Of a stretch of 29,560 nt of DNA, positions 29,052-29,560 are shown in pieces. The notes beneath the pieces are model-generated. The model ran no database searches. It saw only the letters and a list, made by a program, of their open reading frames with translations, and was not told the origin of the DNA. Made by a program: the position numbers and the translations under genes. The DNA comes from an uncultured archaeon (lineage in GTDB: Archaea; Asgardarchaeota; Lokiarchaeia; Sigyniarchaeales; SOKP01): assembly GCA_964388035.1 (NCBI GenBank), contig CAYLZE010000065.1, positions 1-29,560 on the forward strand, given 5' to 3'. The number at the start of each line of letters is the position of its first letter. The stretch's first letter is position 1.

Positions 29052-29391
29052 TATTTCACCATTTTACAATTTCTCATAATGGAGATTAAAAGCTTAGATA
29101 TAATTTTTGTCCCTAGAAATTATTAAATTTTTTTCACTTTTATTTAGATGAAAAAAAAATATTTAAAATTTTATAAATAAAATTAATATTAATAAATAGA
29201 AAAGAGAAGAAAATCTCCTTCACAATCATTATATCAAATATATTTCTAAAACTACTATCAGATGGATATGTCCCGCTACCTCTGAACAGATATTTTCTCT
29301 GATACATTTGAAAGTTGGGGCAATAATCTAAAAAAAATAAAAAAAAAGTCCTGCTTTTTTTGTTAGTAATCATTTCTGTTAATGACACGAT

Positions 29392-29560
29392 TTATCGAAT
29401 AATTAAAACATCACAGGGCGCATCATTCAATACGTGCTCAGGTACCGTACCCAAAATCCTCCTTTCTATGATAGAATGATGCCCGCCACAACCCAGGATG
29501 ACCAAATCGAATCCCTCTTCCTTGACTGCCTTCTTAACGTAATCTTCGGGTGGAATGTCA
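29392..29560 (-). CDS. Universal stress protein (UspA family), 3' part; truncated by the window end
   Basis: Translates DIPPEDYVKKAVKEEGFDLVILGCGGHHSIIERRILGTVPEHVLNDAPCDVLIIR*, a close paralog of 28596..29051. It is not in the ORF track. Confidence 0.9.
   Translation of the reverse strand, partial: DIPPEDYVKKAVKEEGFDLVILGCGGHHSIIERRILGTVPEHVLNDAPCDVLIIR
29506..29560. repeat. 55-nt exact direct repeat of 28710..28764 (between the uspA paralogs)
   Basis: ATCGAATCCCTCTTCCTTGACTGCCTTCTTAACGTAATCTTCGGGTGGAATGTCA is present at both loci. Confidence 0.9.

Noticed and set aside
1-29560. tRNA, rRNA, CRISPR array, transposase or integrase
   Set aside because: None was recognisable by eye. No cloverleaf, repeat-spacer periodicity or recombinase motifs were seen, but covariance-model searches were not run.

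Overview
AT-rich archaeal-type window. Gene content, GGAGGTGA-type Shine-Dalgarno sites and poly-T gene ends fit Lokiarchaeia/Asgard archaea, but this taxonomy is inferred. The left end holds a family of small 4-TM membrane proteins: two intact copies and up to three decayed ones. Next come MFS transporters, a URO-D-family protein and a methyltransferase + radical SAM/SPASM + TIGR04282-type glycosyltransferase cluster, followed by an SDR, DUF134 and an Fe-S protein. A lipid/acyl-CoA catabolic region follows (acyl-CoA ligase, Fe-ADH, COG1233 oxidoreductase + FNR/2Fe-2S reductase, enoyl-CoA isomerase, two thiolase-fold genes + two DUF35 proteins), then tandem UspA genes. The most striking signal is in the second thiolase-fold gene, which is interrupted by a 30-nt insert (26311-26340) carrying two in-frame stops. 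The insert folds into a relaxed bulge-helix-bulge motif, and its predicted tRNA-splicing-endonuclease cut sites restore a 390-aa ORF. It is a candidate archaeal mRNA intron in a metabolic gene.
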